A stretch of DNA of 24,811 bases, from the NCBI GenBank assembly GCA_045576055.1, contig JAZNFR010000187.1, positions 1 through 24,811 of the forward strand, given 5' to 3'. A model generated the notes under the pieces. That model worked only from the letters and a program-made list of their open reading frames with translations. It searched no databases and had not been told where the DNA came from. The translations under genes and the position numbers were made by a program. Of the stretch, positions 1 to 9,091 are shown piece after piece. Numbering within the stretch: the first letter of the stretch is position 1; every line of letters begins with the position of its first letter. The stretch is from Eubacteriales bacterium. Lineage in GTDB: Bacteria; Bacillota; Clostridia; Oscillospirales; CAG-272.

Positions 1-311
1 ACTACTTCTCCAACAATTTCGTGCTCTTTTCCATCTGCAATATCAATCGCTTTTTCGTTTTTGGAGAACACAAATAGTGAAAAAATCATTGCAAAAGCAA
101 TAAAAAGCAAAAGAAAAGTATACTTGATTATTAGGTCAAGTATACTCTTTTTCTTAGAAATTAAATATGAAATTATTAAAGAAAGGGCAAGAACAAGGGC
201 GATTACAAAAACCACCACTCGTATAAGATTTGATACATAAAAGGAAACACCCAAGCTTATTAAAAATGCCGCACAAGCAAGTGCTAGATTTCGATACTTA
301 AACATCTCCAT
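1..311 (-). CDS. Partial CDS (N-terminus only, runs off the window): multi-TM membrane protein, possibly ComEC/Rec2 family
   Basis: Not in ORF track. Manual translation from ATG at 311: MEMFKYRNLALACAAFLISLGVSFYVSNLIRVVVFVIALVLALSLIISYLISKKKSILDLIIKYTFLLLFIAFAMIFSLFVFSKNEKAIDIADGKEHEIVGEV..., no stop; AAGGA RBS upstream; about three hydrophobic segments then a soluble stretch. ComEC is inferred only from this topology and proximity to holA. Confidence 0.5.
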   Translation of the reverse strand, partial: MEMFKYRNLALACAAFLISLGVSFYVSNLIRVVVFVIALVLALSLIISYLISKKKSILDLIIKYTFLLLFIAFAMIFSLFVFSKNEKAIDIADGKEHEIVGEV

Positions 312-321
312 AATAAGTTCC

Positions 322-900
322 TTATTTCAAATAGCCTTCAAATTCTTCTTTGGTGTAAAGGATATTGATTGCTTGAAGCATTGCGTTTGCGCTCATGTTT
401 TGGGGAAGGTCCAGCCTTTTTAGAAGCGCATCTCTTGCCTCTTTACTGTTTTCCCTACCACTAAGCCCATATCTATAAAAATCAGCCTTTGTGATTTCTT
501 CCTTTTCTTTCACAGGAGCATCGACGGAAAAGGGTTCTAAAAGCTCGATAAGTTTTTTTGAATCTATTCCCTCTACACCAAGTGCCCCTTCCTTTGACGG
601 CTCTTTTTTCCTTTTTTCCTTGCCGAAAACATAAGGGGTATATAGATTTATTATTTGGTCGGGTGAAAGTGCTGTCTTTATATGTGAGCGAATCAAGTGT
701 CCTGCCCCGTCCGAATCTGTTAAAACTATAATCTTTGACTTATCAGCCAAGCGCCTTATTAGTCCAATTTTTTCCTCATCGTTAAATATACTAAAGCCAC
801 CTGTTGTGATTACCTTTCCATCAACCAAGGAATCTAGCTTTATTTTATCGTATTTGCCCTCAACGATTATTGGGTACTTTATTTTCAGCTTCATATTCAC
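322..900 (-). CDS. rnmV: Ribonuclease M5-like protein (Toprim + DUF4093-type C-terminus)
   Basis: Toprim motifs IIVEGKYD and IVLTDSDGAG, plus LGVEG and C-terminal YRYGLSG...LLKRL as in RNase M5; GTG start overlaps the holA stop (GTGA); ATG at 894 is an alternative start. Confidence 0.8.
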   Translation of the reverse strand: MNMKLKIKYPIIVEGKYDKIKLDSLVDGKVITTGGFSIFNDEEKIGLIRRLADKSKIIVLTDSDGAGHLIRSHIKTALSPDQIINLYTPYVFGKEKRKKEPSKEGALGVEGIDSKKLIELLEPFSVDAPVKEKEEITKADFYRYGLSGRENSKEARDALLKRLDLPQNMSANAMLQAINILYTKEEFEGYLK

Positions 901-1937
901 CTACAAAACAGCGCACAAAGGGCGCTAATTAACCTCTCAACTGCAATATACGAGGTTAGATTGGATTGTGATTTCGATTTTATATCAGCCTCGTTACAAA
1001 GCTCAAGAGCACGAATTAGCTTCTTTGAGCTTTCGCCCATTACAAACTTTAGGTATTTTCCGACCTTAAATTCATGCATTTTTAGCGATTGTGAAATCTG
1101 CTTTTTATTGTTTCCTGCCTTATAAAGCGTTTCCACAAGCGCAAGCTCCGAAAAAAGACGAACTATTGATGAAAGAATTACAAATGGTGGCTCGTGTGAG
1201 GATTTTTGGCGATACAAGGTTTCAAAAACAAGTCCCTTGTTCTTTTCTAGAAGTGCGTTTGTTAGCTGAAAGTCCTCGTATTCTATTGTTTTTGCTGATA
1301 CATTATCAATATCGCTTTCTTGAATGGTGTCACCACCATTCATTTTAACGTAGCTTGATAGCTTATCAATCTCGTTTGATAAAATCCACATATCGTGTCC
1401 ACAAACGGTAACTAGCTTGTCAGAAATTGTGCCATCAGCTTTAACACCATTGTCGAAAAAATGTCTTATAACCCAAGATTTAAGTCTAGCTGGAGTTGGA
1501 AATTCAAACTCAACAGGCTTTAAATATTTGGCAAGTATTTTGTACTGCTCCGATGGGTAATCTGGAAGCCTACCAGCATTAAAGCTACCATTATCTGCTC
1601 GAATAATTAAGACAGTGTGGTCGTTTTCCTCTAGTGTTGAAAGAACATCGTCAAGCGCATCCCATACATCCTTTTTAAGAGATGTAAAATCAACGCCACG
1701 CACCTCAACAAGCTTTTTTTCTGCCATCATAGGAAACGCAGAAATCGCTTGTGAAAGAGATGCAGGGGAAAAATCCTCTGCATACAAAATTATATGGTTA
1801 AATTCGTCAAAGGTACCGTCTAAAATTTGCTTAGCCACTTCTTTTGAATAGACATATTTTAGATAGTCCTCTCCACCAAAAAACAAATATCCGTAGCGAA
1901 GATTCTTAAGCTCCGCCTTGAATTCTGCCTCTGTCAT
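897..1937 (-). CDS. holA: DNA polymerase III delta subunit
   Basis: 346 aa; YLFFGGEDYL, AFPMMAEKKLVEV, LSNEIDKL, FQLTNAL and C-terminal ADIKSK are typical of HolA. Confidence 0.9.
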   Translation of the reverse strand: MTEAEFKAELKNLRYGYLFFGGEDYLKYVYSKEVAKQILDGTFDEFNHIILYAEDFSPASLSQAISAFPMMAEKKLVEVRGVDFTSLKKDVWDALDDVLSTLEENDHTVLIIRADNGSFNAGRLPDYPSEQYKILAKYLKPVEFEFPTPARLKSWVIRHFFDNGVKADGTISDKLVTVCGHDMWILSNEIDKLSSYVKMNGGDTIQESDIDNVSAKTIEYEDFQLTNALLEKNKGLVFETLYRQKSSHEPPFVILSSIVRLFSELALVETLYKAGNNKKQISQSLKMHEFKVGKYLKFVMGESSKKLIRALELCNEADIKSKSQSNLTSYIAVERLISALCALFCR

Positions 1938-2416
1938 ACTCTTTCCACTTCCATTTTAAGTACTGTTTTTTGAGCACACGCGCCCTTGATTTCGATTAAA
2001 TATACTATTTCGATATAACCATCTGTTAAAAGTCTATTGTCAACTGATTTTGCATATATGCAAATTTCAAATGGCATAATGCCTGTGTTATAAACACAAA
2101 CGTGTCTTTTGCCCTCTTCAAAATACATAAATGATTCAAGCGCACCTGTGCGAACGAGGCTAACCTCTTTTGGGCTATTTATATCGAATTTTAATTCAGT
2201 ATAAGTGCCGTCTAACCCCTCGGCTGCTTCCTCATACTTTAATGAATATGTGTTACCATTAATAGAAACTGCGCCATAAAGTGAGGTTTCTATAATGTCG
2301 TCTGCATCCCATGGATCAAAGGTTTCTTGAATCATAAGCTCATCAGCTGCGTGCTCAAAAATTGATTTGCCCTTGTATTCGGTTTGCGAGGTCTTAATTT
2401 TTATTTTTGCGTTCAT
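1934..2416 (-). CDS. DUF1934-like beta-barrel protein
   Basis: LKYEE, VSLVRTG, FEEGKRHVCVYNTGIMPFEICI pattern resembles DUF1934; ATGA overlap with holA. Confidence 0.7.
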   Translation of the reverse strand: MNAKIKIKTSQTEYKGKSIFEHAADELMIQETFDPWDADDIIETSLYGAVSINGNTYSLKYEEAAEGLDGTYTELKFDINSPKEVSLVRTGALESFMYFEEGKRHVCVYNTGIMPFEICIYAKSVDNRLLTDGYIEIVYLIEIKGACAQKTVLKMEVERV

Positions 2417-2426
2417 TTTTTGTCCT

Positions 2427-3281
2427 TTAATTTTTGATTATGTGCTCAGGCTTTTTAACGTAAACCTTTGCGCCCTTTGAAATGCTTTCTGTGATAAATG
2501 AGTTACCACCGATAACTGCACCCTCACCAATAACTGTTTCGCCACCGAGGATTGATGCGCCCGAATAAATAGTAACATTGTCGCACACTGTTGGGTGTCT
2601 TTTAACTCCTGATAAGCTTTGTCCCTTTCTTGGAGAAAGCGCACCTAAGGTAACTCCTTGGTAAATCTTAACGTGGTTACCAATCTCTGTTGTTTCACCT
2701 ATAACTATGCCTGTACCGTGGTCAATAAAGAAATATTCGCCAATTGTTGCACCTGGGTTTATATCAATACCCGTCATTGAATGTGCATGCTCAGTCATAA
2801 TTCTTGGTACAAATGGCACACCACTCTTATAGAGCAAATTAGCCACCCTGTATACAAAAATTGCATAAAGTCCAGGGTAAGAAAATACAATTGCCTCCTT
2901 GCTTTCAGCTGCTGGGTCCCCCTCAAAGGTTGCCTCAACATCCTTCAAGAGCATATCGTGTACCTTTGGTAAATTTGCGATAAAATCGTTTGATATTTCC
3001 TTTGCTCTTTTTCCTGCGTCCTTTTTATCCTTTGCCATAAGTGCAAGCTCTATTTGCTTTTTGATTTTGAAGCTAATGGAGCTTATTCTCTCCTCGGCAA
3101 AGCTTTGAGCGCAGTGTGAGCAATCAGCAAAATAAGCAGGGAAAAATAGCCCCTGTATATCATTCAAAATTGAAATTATTTCCTTTTTATCTGGCAGCTT
3201 TAGTGAGGATGAAAAGGTTGTAACGCTTGATTTTTCATATTGCGCCACCATATCAACAGCTGCTTTTTCATTTGTTGTCAT
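2427..3281 (-). CDS. cysE: Serine O-acetyltransferase
   Basis: FEGDPAA, YPGLYAI, GIDINPGATIGEYFFIDHGTGIVIGET, IYQGVTLG, KRHPT hexapeptide motifs. Start moved from track GTG 3299 to ATG 3281, which follows AAAGGAG. Confidence 0.92.
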   Translation of the reverse strand: MTTNEKAAVDMVAQYEKSSVTTFSSSLKLPDKKEIISILNDIQGLFFPAYFADCSHCAQSFAEERISSISFKIKKQIELALMAKDKKDAGKRAKEISNDFIANLPKVHDMLLKDVEATFEGDPAAESKEAIVFSYPGLYAIFVYRVANLLYKSGVPFVPRIMTEHAHSMTGIDINPGATIGEYFFIDHGTGIVIGETTEIGNHVKIYQGVTLGALSPRKGQSLSGVKRHPTVCDNVTIYSGASILGGETVIGEGAVIGGNSFITESISKGAKVYVKKPEHIIKN

Positions 3282-3328
3282 AAAAATATCTCCTTTCACA
3301 GTAAGATATTATGTAGTTATATAAAATA

Positions 3329-3357
3329 ATGATATCACAAAGGATTTAAAATTTCAA
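3329..3357 (-). promoter_or_regulatory. sigmaA-type promoter for cysE and downstream genes
   Basis: Minus strand TTGAAA (3357-3352), 17 bp, TATCAT (3334-3329) with an extended -10 TG. Confidence 0.6.
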
Positions 3358-3378
3358 GTATAATGTTATAATAACGAG

Positions 3379-3400
3379 AAAAGAGCCGAGTGGCTCTTTT
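3379..3400 (-). terminator. Intrinsic terminator after rmuC
   Basis: AAAAGAGCC-gagt-GGCTCTTTT inverted repeat just after the rmuC stop; T-runs on both strands. Confidence 0.8.
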
Positions 3401-3406
3401 TCTTTG

Positions 3407-4789
3407 TTATTCAATTCCAAGTATTTCCTTTGCCTCGTCACCTGAGATTGTGTCAACAGTTTTTAGCTTTCTTGTCATTACATTTGTCCTTGTACCAATT
3501 AGATTTGCAAGGTCTGCATCCGCCTGCTCAATATGTTTTTTGGTCTTTGTCAATGCGTCGGCAAATGTTTCGAATTCCGTTTTAACCGCCTCTAAAAGCT
3601 TGAAAACGTCTGCGCTCTTTTTCTGAATTGCAAGTGACTTAAAGCCTTGCTTTAATGCATTAAGAAGCGCCGACAAGGTTGTAGGACCTGCCATATTTAC
3701 GTTATACTTTCTTTGACATTCTTCAAAAAGTCCAAGCTCAATAGCCTCAATATAAAGTCCCTCAGTTGGCAAGAACATAATTGCAAAATCAGTTGTGTTT
3801 GGTGGGTCTATATATTTGCCCGAGATATCCTTTGCAAAGGTAAGAACTTTCGCCCTTAGCTCCTTGCGTGCAAGCTCAAGTGCCACCTTGTCGCCCTCGT
3901 CGATTGCATCCTTGATTTTATAGTAAGATTCGAGTGGGAATTTTGAGTCAATTGGCAAATAAATATATTCGTCATCGCTTGATGGCATTTTAATTGCAAA
4001 TTCAACAGGATCGCGTGAGCCTGTCTTTGTTGCAACATTTTCCTCATACTGCTCCTTTGTTAAAATTTCACCGATAATATTGCCAAGAATAACCTCGCCA
4101 ACAATACCCTTGGTTTTAACGTTAGTAAGTACGTTTTTAAGCGAGCCAACATCGGTTGCAATTCCCTTGATTTCGCCTATTGCCTTGTTTACGTTGCCGA
4201 TTTGGGAAACAACGTTTTCAAAGGACTCCTTGAGGCGCTCATCGATAGTCTTTTGGAGCTTTTCGTCAACTGCTTTTTGAACACCGTCGAGCTTTTCACC
4301 AACGGTCTTTTGAATGCTTTCTAGCTTTTCGCTATTCTCACGGCGAAGCTCTGACAGCTTCTCTCTAACGGTCTTATCTATTAGCTCGTATTTTTCAGAC
4401 ATATTCTTTGAAAACTCATCAAACTTCTTGTTTAAGTTTTCAATTGCCTTTTCATTTTCCTCACGTGTAGCCTTTGACATTTGATTTATGGCAGCGTTTA
4501 GCTTTTCCATCATATCTATATAGTTTTTGGCATTTTGCTCATTCAAGGTGGTCATTTGCTTTTCTAGCTTTTCGATTTTTGAATTAATTTCGTTCACAAA
4601 AACCTTATTCGCGCCCTCTATTTGACCGATTTTTAGGTCGACCACGTCCTTTATTGGCGCAATATCTGCACTTGGTGCTTTTTGCTTTTTAAGTGCAATT
4701 ATTATGTAGACAGCAAGTGTACAAATGACAAGCGCAGATAGTAAAATTAAAATACCTACGATAAGTAGTACAATTTCTCCAAACGTCAT
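3407..4789 (-). CDS. rmuC: DNA recombination protein RmuC
   Basis: N-terminal TM helix, long coiled coil, KTKGIVGEVIL, LPIDSKFP, KYIDPPNTTDFAIMFLPTEGLY, GPTTLSALLN; GGAGG RBS. Confidence 0.92.
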   Translation of the reverse strand: MTFGEIVLLIVGILILLSALVICTLAVYIIIALKKQKAPSADIAPIKDVVDLKIGQIEGANKVFVNEINSKIEKLEKQMTTLNEQNAKNYIDMMEKLNAAINQMSKATREENEKAIENLNKKFDEFSKNMSEKYELIDKTVREKLSELRRENSEKLESIQKTVGEKLDGVQKAVDEKLQKTIDERLKESFENVVSQIGNVNKAIGEIKGIATDVGSLKNVLTNVKTKGIVGEVILGNIIGEILTKEQYEENVATKTGSRDPVEFAIKMPSSDDEYIYLPIDSKFPLESYYKIKDAIDEGDKVALELARKELRAKVLTFAKDISGKYIDPPNTTDFAIMFLPTEGLYIEAIELGLFEECQRKYNVNMAGPTTLSALLNALKQGFKSLAIQKKSADVFKLLEAVKTEFETFADALTKTKKHIEQADADLANLIGTRTNVMTRKLKTVDTISGDEAKEILGIE

Positions 4790-4819
4790 TTTATTTCCTC
4801 CAAAAATTCATATATGAAT

Positions 4820-4848
4820 ATTCTATCATTTTTTTGTCGCTTTTTCAA
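4820..4848 (-). promoter_or_regulatory. sigmaA-type promoter for rmuC
   Basis: Minus strand TTGAAA (4848-4843), 17 bp, TAGAAT (4825-4820) with TG motif. Confidence 0.6.
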
Positions 4849-4857
4849 GTAAAGTAT

Positions 4858-4886
4858 TTGAATTTATCATTAAGATATGGTATAAT
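4858..4886 (+). promoter_or_regulatory. sigmaA-type promoter for the rbfA operon
   Basis: TTGAAT (4858-4863), 17 bp, TATAAT (4881-4886) with an extended -10 TG. Confidence 0.75.
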
Positions 4887-4928
4887 ATTATGAGAAGTAA
4901 TGTTTTTACGACATATGAGGTGAGATTT

Positions 4929-5294
4929 ATGGCTAAATACAGAAGAAATAGAATAAATGACGCAGTAAAAGAGGAGATGGCAATGATTTTACGCGACGTT
5001 AAGGACCCTAGAATTGCTGGTGCTTTGGTTTCAATAACTGGCGCTAATGTTTCTGGGGATTTAAAGTTCGCAAAAATATACTACTCCGTTTTGGGCTCTG
5101 ACCCAAAGGAGGTTGGCAAGGCTTTAAAGAATGCAAGTGGTTTTTTCCGTTCCGAGCTTGCCAGACGTATAAATTTAAGAATCACACCTGAGCTGTTTTT
5201 TGAGCATGACTCCTCAGCCGAGTATGGTGCAAACATTTCATCAATTTTAAAAACGCTTGATATCAAGCCTGACGACGAGGAAGAAAATGATTAA
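4929..5294 (+). CDS. rbfA: 30S ribosome-binding factor A
   Basis: RRNRINDAVKEE, VKDPRI, VSGDLKFAKIYYS, LRITPELFFEHDSS; start set at ATG 4929 after GAGGTGAG. Confidence 0.95.
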   Translation: MAKYRRNRINDAVKEEMAMILRDVKDPRIAGALVSITGANVSGDLKFAKIYYSVLGSDPKEVGKALKNASGFFRSELARRINLRITPELFFEHDSSAEYGANISSILKTLDIKPDDEEEND

Positions 5295-6276
5295 GGAAAT
5301 TTCATTAAACGAGCTGGCAAGTAAACTAAAAGAGGTTAAAAAAACTCTTATTCTTTGCCATAAGAATCCCGACCCGGACACGCTTGGCAGCGCTTTTGCT
5401 CTTAAGGAAATATTAAATTTTCTCGGCTCTTATGTTGATGTTGCTTGTTGTGATAACGCGCCCAAAAAATTCGATTTTATAACAGGCGGCGCTTCGCTTG
5501 AATATAAGGAAAATGGATACGAAAGATATATCGCTATTGATGTGGCATCACCTATGCAGCTTGGTGGACTATCATACCTTGCCGAAAATGTTGATATAAC
5601 TATAGACCACCACAAAATGTGCACTCGTTTTTCTGAATATTATGAAAATTTCAAGGCATCATGCGCTGAAAATGTTTATCTTCTTGCCGAGGAGCTTGGC
5701 GTTTTAGACGAGCTACCATTACAGTTTTATAATTGTCTTTACGCTGGAATGAGCGCTGACACAGGTGGATTTAGATATTCTAATGTAACACCTGAAACTA
5801 TGTCTCTTGCATCGTTAGTTATTGCTAGAGGAATCGACCACGCAGAAATCAACCGCATTATTTTTGATTCAAAATCACTTGAGGAAATCAAGGCGCAAAA
5901 GCTTACATACGAAAAAATGCAGCTCTTTTGTGATGGCTCTCTTTCCATCATTATGTTTACAAACAAAATGAAAGAGGAAAACGGTATATCCGATGCCGAT
6001 ATTGGCGATATTGTAAATTCAGTGCGCTCTGTCGAGGGTGTTTTAGTTGCAATTTCCTTAAAGCAACAAAAGGACGAAACAAAATACGCCTTGTCCTCAC
6101 GCGCAAACGCAGATATTGATGTTTCAAGGGTTTGTGTTGAGTTTGGCGGTGGCGGACACGTCCGCGCTGCTGGTGCAACAGTAGTTGCAAGCACACCAGA
6201 TGAAGCTGTAGAAATTGTTGCTTCCAAATTTGGTGAAGCAATCGAGGAATATAAAAAGGGTTTAAAAAATGGATAA
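5287..6276 (+). CDS. nrnA: DHH/DHHA1 phosphoesterase (NrnA-type oligoribonuclease/pAp phosphatase)
   Basis: HKNPDPDTLGS, IDHH, ADTGGFRY, GGGGHVRAAG motifs; usual position between rbfA and truB; start set at ATG 5287. Confidence 0.88.
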   Translation: MIKEISLNELASKLKEVKKTLILCHKNPDPDTLGSAFALKEILNFLGSYVDVACCDNAPKKFDFITGGASLEYKENGYERYIAIDVASPMQLGGLSYLAENVDITIDHHKMCTRFSEYYENFKASCAENVYLLAEELGVLDELPLQFYNCLYAGMSADTGGFRYSNVTPETMSLASLVIARGIDHAEINRIIFDSKSLEEIKAQKLTYEKMQLFCDGSLSIIMFTNKMKEENGISDADIGDIVNSVRSVEGVLVAISLKQQKDETKYALSSRANADIDVSRVCVEFGGGGHVRAAGATVVASTPDEAVEIVASKFGEAIEEYKKGLKNG

Positions 6277-7177
6277 GGAATTATCAGGGGTAATTCTTGT
6301 CAACAAGCACAAGGGTGTTACCTCGCACGATATAGTTTTCAAGATAAGACGGCTTTATGGCACGAAAAAGGTTGGCCACACAGGTACGCTTGACCCTCTC
6401 GCCACTGGCGTTTTGCCTGTTCTTGTGGGTAGAAGCGCAAAGGCAGCCGAATATCTACTTTCTGAAAACAAGAAATATGTTGCCGAAATTATGCTTGGTA
6501 TAACAACTGATACTGAAGATATTACAGGCAATATTCTTACAAAAACAGACACTCTCCCCGACAAAAAAGCTTTTTTTGAGGCTTGCAAGAAATTCACCGG
6601 TGAGATAATGCAGGTGCCACCTATGTATAGCGCCTTAAAGATTGAGGGCAAAAAGCTTGTTGACCTCGCACGTCAAGGCATAGAGGTTGAAAGACAAGCA
6701 AGAAAAATAACAATATTCTCTATTGAGCCTGAGGTTATAAGCGAAAGTGAAGGTGTATACAAATTGACCGTTTCCTGCTCCAAGGGTACATATATTCGTA
6801 CACTTTGTGCCGATATCGGTGCACACCTTGGATGCGGTGCTACGATGAGCGAGCTTATGCGTATTGAGTCTGGTGATTTCAAGCTTGAAAACGCACATAC
6901 CATAGACGAGCTAGAAAAAATGAGCTTTGAAGAAAGAGCCAAGCTTTTATTGCCACCCGAGGAGCTTTTTAAAGACGCAGAGGCTATTTCATTTAGTGAA
7001 TTTTACACAAGACTTTTCAAAAGTGGTTGTGAAATATATCAAAAGAAAATTGGAACTAGCTTTCCTTGTGGCACGTTTTTGCGTGTTTACGAAAACGACG
7101 AATTTATCGCACTTGCCGAGGTTAAGGATTTCACCGACGGCTCAGCTATAAAATCAATAAAATTTTTCAAAATTTGA
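6269..7177 (+). CDS. truB: tRNA pseudouridine(55) synthase
   Basis: NKHKGVTSHD, KVGHTGTLDPLATGVL, QVPPMYSALK, CSKGTYIRTL. Confidence 0.96.
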   Translation: MDKELSGVILVNKHKGVTSHDIVFKIRRLYGTKKVGHTGTLDPLATGVLPVLVGRSAKAAEYLLSENKKYVAEIMLGITTDTEDITGNILTKTDTLPDKKAFFEACKKFTGEIMQVPPMYSALKIEGKKLVDLARQGIEVERQARKITIFSIEPEVISESEGVYKLTVSCSKGTYIRTLCADIGAHLGCGATMSELMRIESGDFKLENAHTIDELEKMSFEERAKLLLPPEELFKDAEAISFSEFYTRLFKSGCEIYQKKIGTSFPCGTFLRVYENDEFIALAEVKDFTDGSAIKSIKFFKI

Positions 7178-7185
7178 GGTATATT

Positions 7186-8547
7186 ATGAAAATAATCAAG
7201 AATCCCGAGCAATTCCACTGCTGGGAGCACTATGCAGCGGAGCTTCCTGTTGAATACAATCAAAGCTATGAGGAAGGACTCGACATTGAGCCATATAAGG
7301 AGCTTATTTTTAACACCCACAAGCTTCCAGATGACGAATTTAAGGAAGAGGTTGCAGATGCAATTGCAAAGCTTGTAAACGAGCTACCTATAAGAGAGGG
7401 CTATAAATATAATGAGCCATCCGACCTTGAAGGAATAAGAGCGCTTCGTAATCTTAACCTAAAAACAGCTGATTCCCCTTCTGTTTCTCTTGAAAAGAAG
7501 ATTGAGGGTGCTTGGTACGGAAGAATTGCAGGATGCTTTCTTGGGAAGCCTGTTGAGGGGCTTTGGACAAAAACCCTGACAGCACTTTTAAAATCATCAA
7601 ACAACTACCCAATGCATAGATACATTTTAAGCACTGATGTAAATAGAGATGAGCTTGCGAAAATCGGTATTCAGCCTTGGCATTTATGCTCCAACTGCTA
7701 TGCAGATAAGGTTAAATTTGCAGAGGCAGATGACGACACAAACTACACAGTTATGGCACAGCTTATGATTGACCGTCGTGGCTCAACATTCACACCTAAA
7801 AATGTGCTTGAGACCTGGATGGATTGTCAACCAAAGAATGCATATTGCACAGCTGAAAGAGTTGCATATATGAACTTTTTAAAAAGCTATGTGCCACCAT
7901 ATACTGCATATTATAAAAACCCATACAGGGAGTGGATTGGCGCGCAAATTCGTGGCGACTACTATGGATATGTTGCAAAGGATTCTGAGCAAGCTGCTGA
8001 TTTTGCTTGGCGCGACGCCTCTATTTCTCATATCAAAAATGGCATTTATGGTGAAATGTTAATTTCCGCTATGCTTGCATATGCAAAAACAAGCGAAAAT
8101 ATTTTAAATGTAATTTATGCCGGACTTGCCGAAATCCCTCAAACCTCTCGTCTTTACGAGGAGGCTATGGAAATAATTAATGGGTATCTCAATGGTGCTA
8201 CTAAGGAAGAAGCCTTTGCCTCTATCCACGCAAAATACAACAACGAGAATTCCCACGACTGGTGCCATACTATTTCAAACGCACTTATTGTTATTTCTTC
8301 ACTTCTCTATGGTGAGGGCGATTTTGGAAAATCAATTTGTATGGCTGTTGAAACAGGCTTTGATACCGACTGCAATGGTGCAACTGTTGGCTCAATTGTT
8401 GGAATGATTTATGGCATTGACAATATCGACGAGAAATGGATAAAGCCATTTAACGGAGTTTTACAAACCCAAATCCTTGGCCACGACAAATCAACAATTG
8501 ATACGCTTGTAAAGAAAACTCTTGAGCATATTGAATGGTTTAAATAA
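7186..8547 (+). CDS. ADP-ribosylglycohydrolase family protein (DraG/ARH fold)
   Basis: GAWYGRIAGCFLGKPVEG, DDDTNYT, WIGAQIRGD, SHIKNGIYG, GFDTDCNGATVGS metal-binding motifs; start set at ATG 7186 after GAGGT. Confidence 0.88.
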   Translation: MKIIKNPEQFHCWEHYAAELPVEYNQSYEEGLDIEPYKELIFNTHKLPDDEFKEEVADAIAKLVNELPIREGYKYNEPSDLEGIRALRNLNLKTADSPSVSLEKKIEGAWYGRIAGCFLGKPVEGLWTKTLTALLKSSNNYPMHRYILSTDVNRDELAKIGIQPWHLCSNCYADKVKFAEADDDTNYTVMAQLMIDRRGSTFTPKNVLETWMDCQPKNAYCTAERVAYMNFLKSYVPPYTAYYKNPYREWIGAQIRGDYYGYVAKDSEQAADFAWRDASISHIKNGIYGEMLISAMLAYAKTSENILNVIYAGLAEIPQTSRLYEEAMEIINGYLNGATKEEAFASIHAKYNNENSHDWCHTISNALIVISSLLYGEGDFGKSICMAVETGFDTDCNGATVGSIVGMIYGIDNIDEKWIKPFNGVLQTQILGHDKSTIDTLVKKTLEHIEWFK

Positions 8548-8551
8548 ACAA

Positions 8552-8575
8552 AAAAGGACACTATTGTGTCCTTTT
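8552..8575. terminator. Bidirectional intrinsic terminator between convergent genes
   Basis: AAAAGGACAC-tatt-GTGTCCTTTT; overlaps the stop of the MmcQ/YjbR gene. Confidence 0.8.
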
Positions 8576-8947
8576 ATTTTTTCTTTTTTCTTTAGGCTTA
8601 GTTAAATTATAGCTAATTTCAAGCAGCCAAGCAACAGTGTCACTATCGCACATATCAAGAGCTACTGTTAGCCAATGGATTTTATTCATATGGTATGCTC
8701 GAAAGATACCCGACTCAATACCTGCTAGAGACTCAATAATTTCAGGTGCACATTTAAAATTGACCACATCTATTATTTTGTCATCCAAAAAGCCGATCTT
8801 ATTTCTTGGTATTTTCATGGCGATAGCAAACCATTTTTTGCTCGATTGATGCCTAAAAATACCTGTTTCAAAATCCTCATCAAATGGATAATCAGCTTTT
8901 GTTCCATATGCTTCAAGCACTAGGCTTTCAAATTCATTTCTTGTCAA
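8561..8947 (-). CDS. MmcQ/YjbR family protein
   Basis: DYPF, FRHQSSKKWFA, VNFKC, AYHMNKIHWLTV, LLEISYNLT; TTG start with GAGG RBS. Confidence 0.88.
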   Translation of the reverse strand: MTRNEFESLVLEAYGTKADYPFDEDFETGIFRHQSSKKWFAIAMKIPRNKIGFLDDKIIDVVNFKCAPEIIESLAGIESGIFRAYHMNKIHWLTVALDMCDSDTVAWLLEISYNLTKPKEKRKNKRTQ

Positions 8948-9026
8948 AGTTTTTTCCTCGTATTTTCTCGCAACGAACCCTCATCTTATAAGCCAAGATG
9001 TGTAACGTTTTCTTCCTTTAATAAAT

Positions 9027-9055
9027 ATTTTACTATAACATTGGTCACTAGTCAA
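9027..9055 (-). promoter_or_regulatory. sigmaA-type promoter for the MmcQ/YjbR gene
   Basis: Minus strand TTGACT (9055-9050), 17 bp, TAAAAT (9032-9027). Confidence 0.55.
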
Positions 9056-9091
9056 GAGAGATTAATTACCCTTGCGAGCAGAATCACCTTA

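Noticed and set aside
3282-3360. T-box or SAM riboswitch upstream of cysE
   Set aside because: The leader between promoter and start is only about 40 nt and has no T-box or S-box motifs.
4890-7185. Track start codons 4890 (rbfA), 5257 (nrnA) and 7174 (hydrolase); likewise 3299 (cysE) and 22194
   Set aside because: Downstream ATGs have well-spaced Shine-Dalgarno sequences and give family-typical N-termini.
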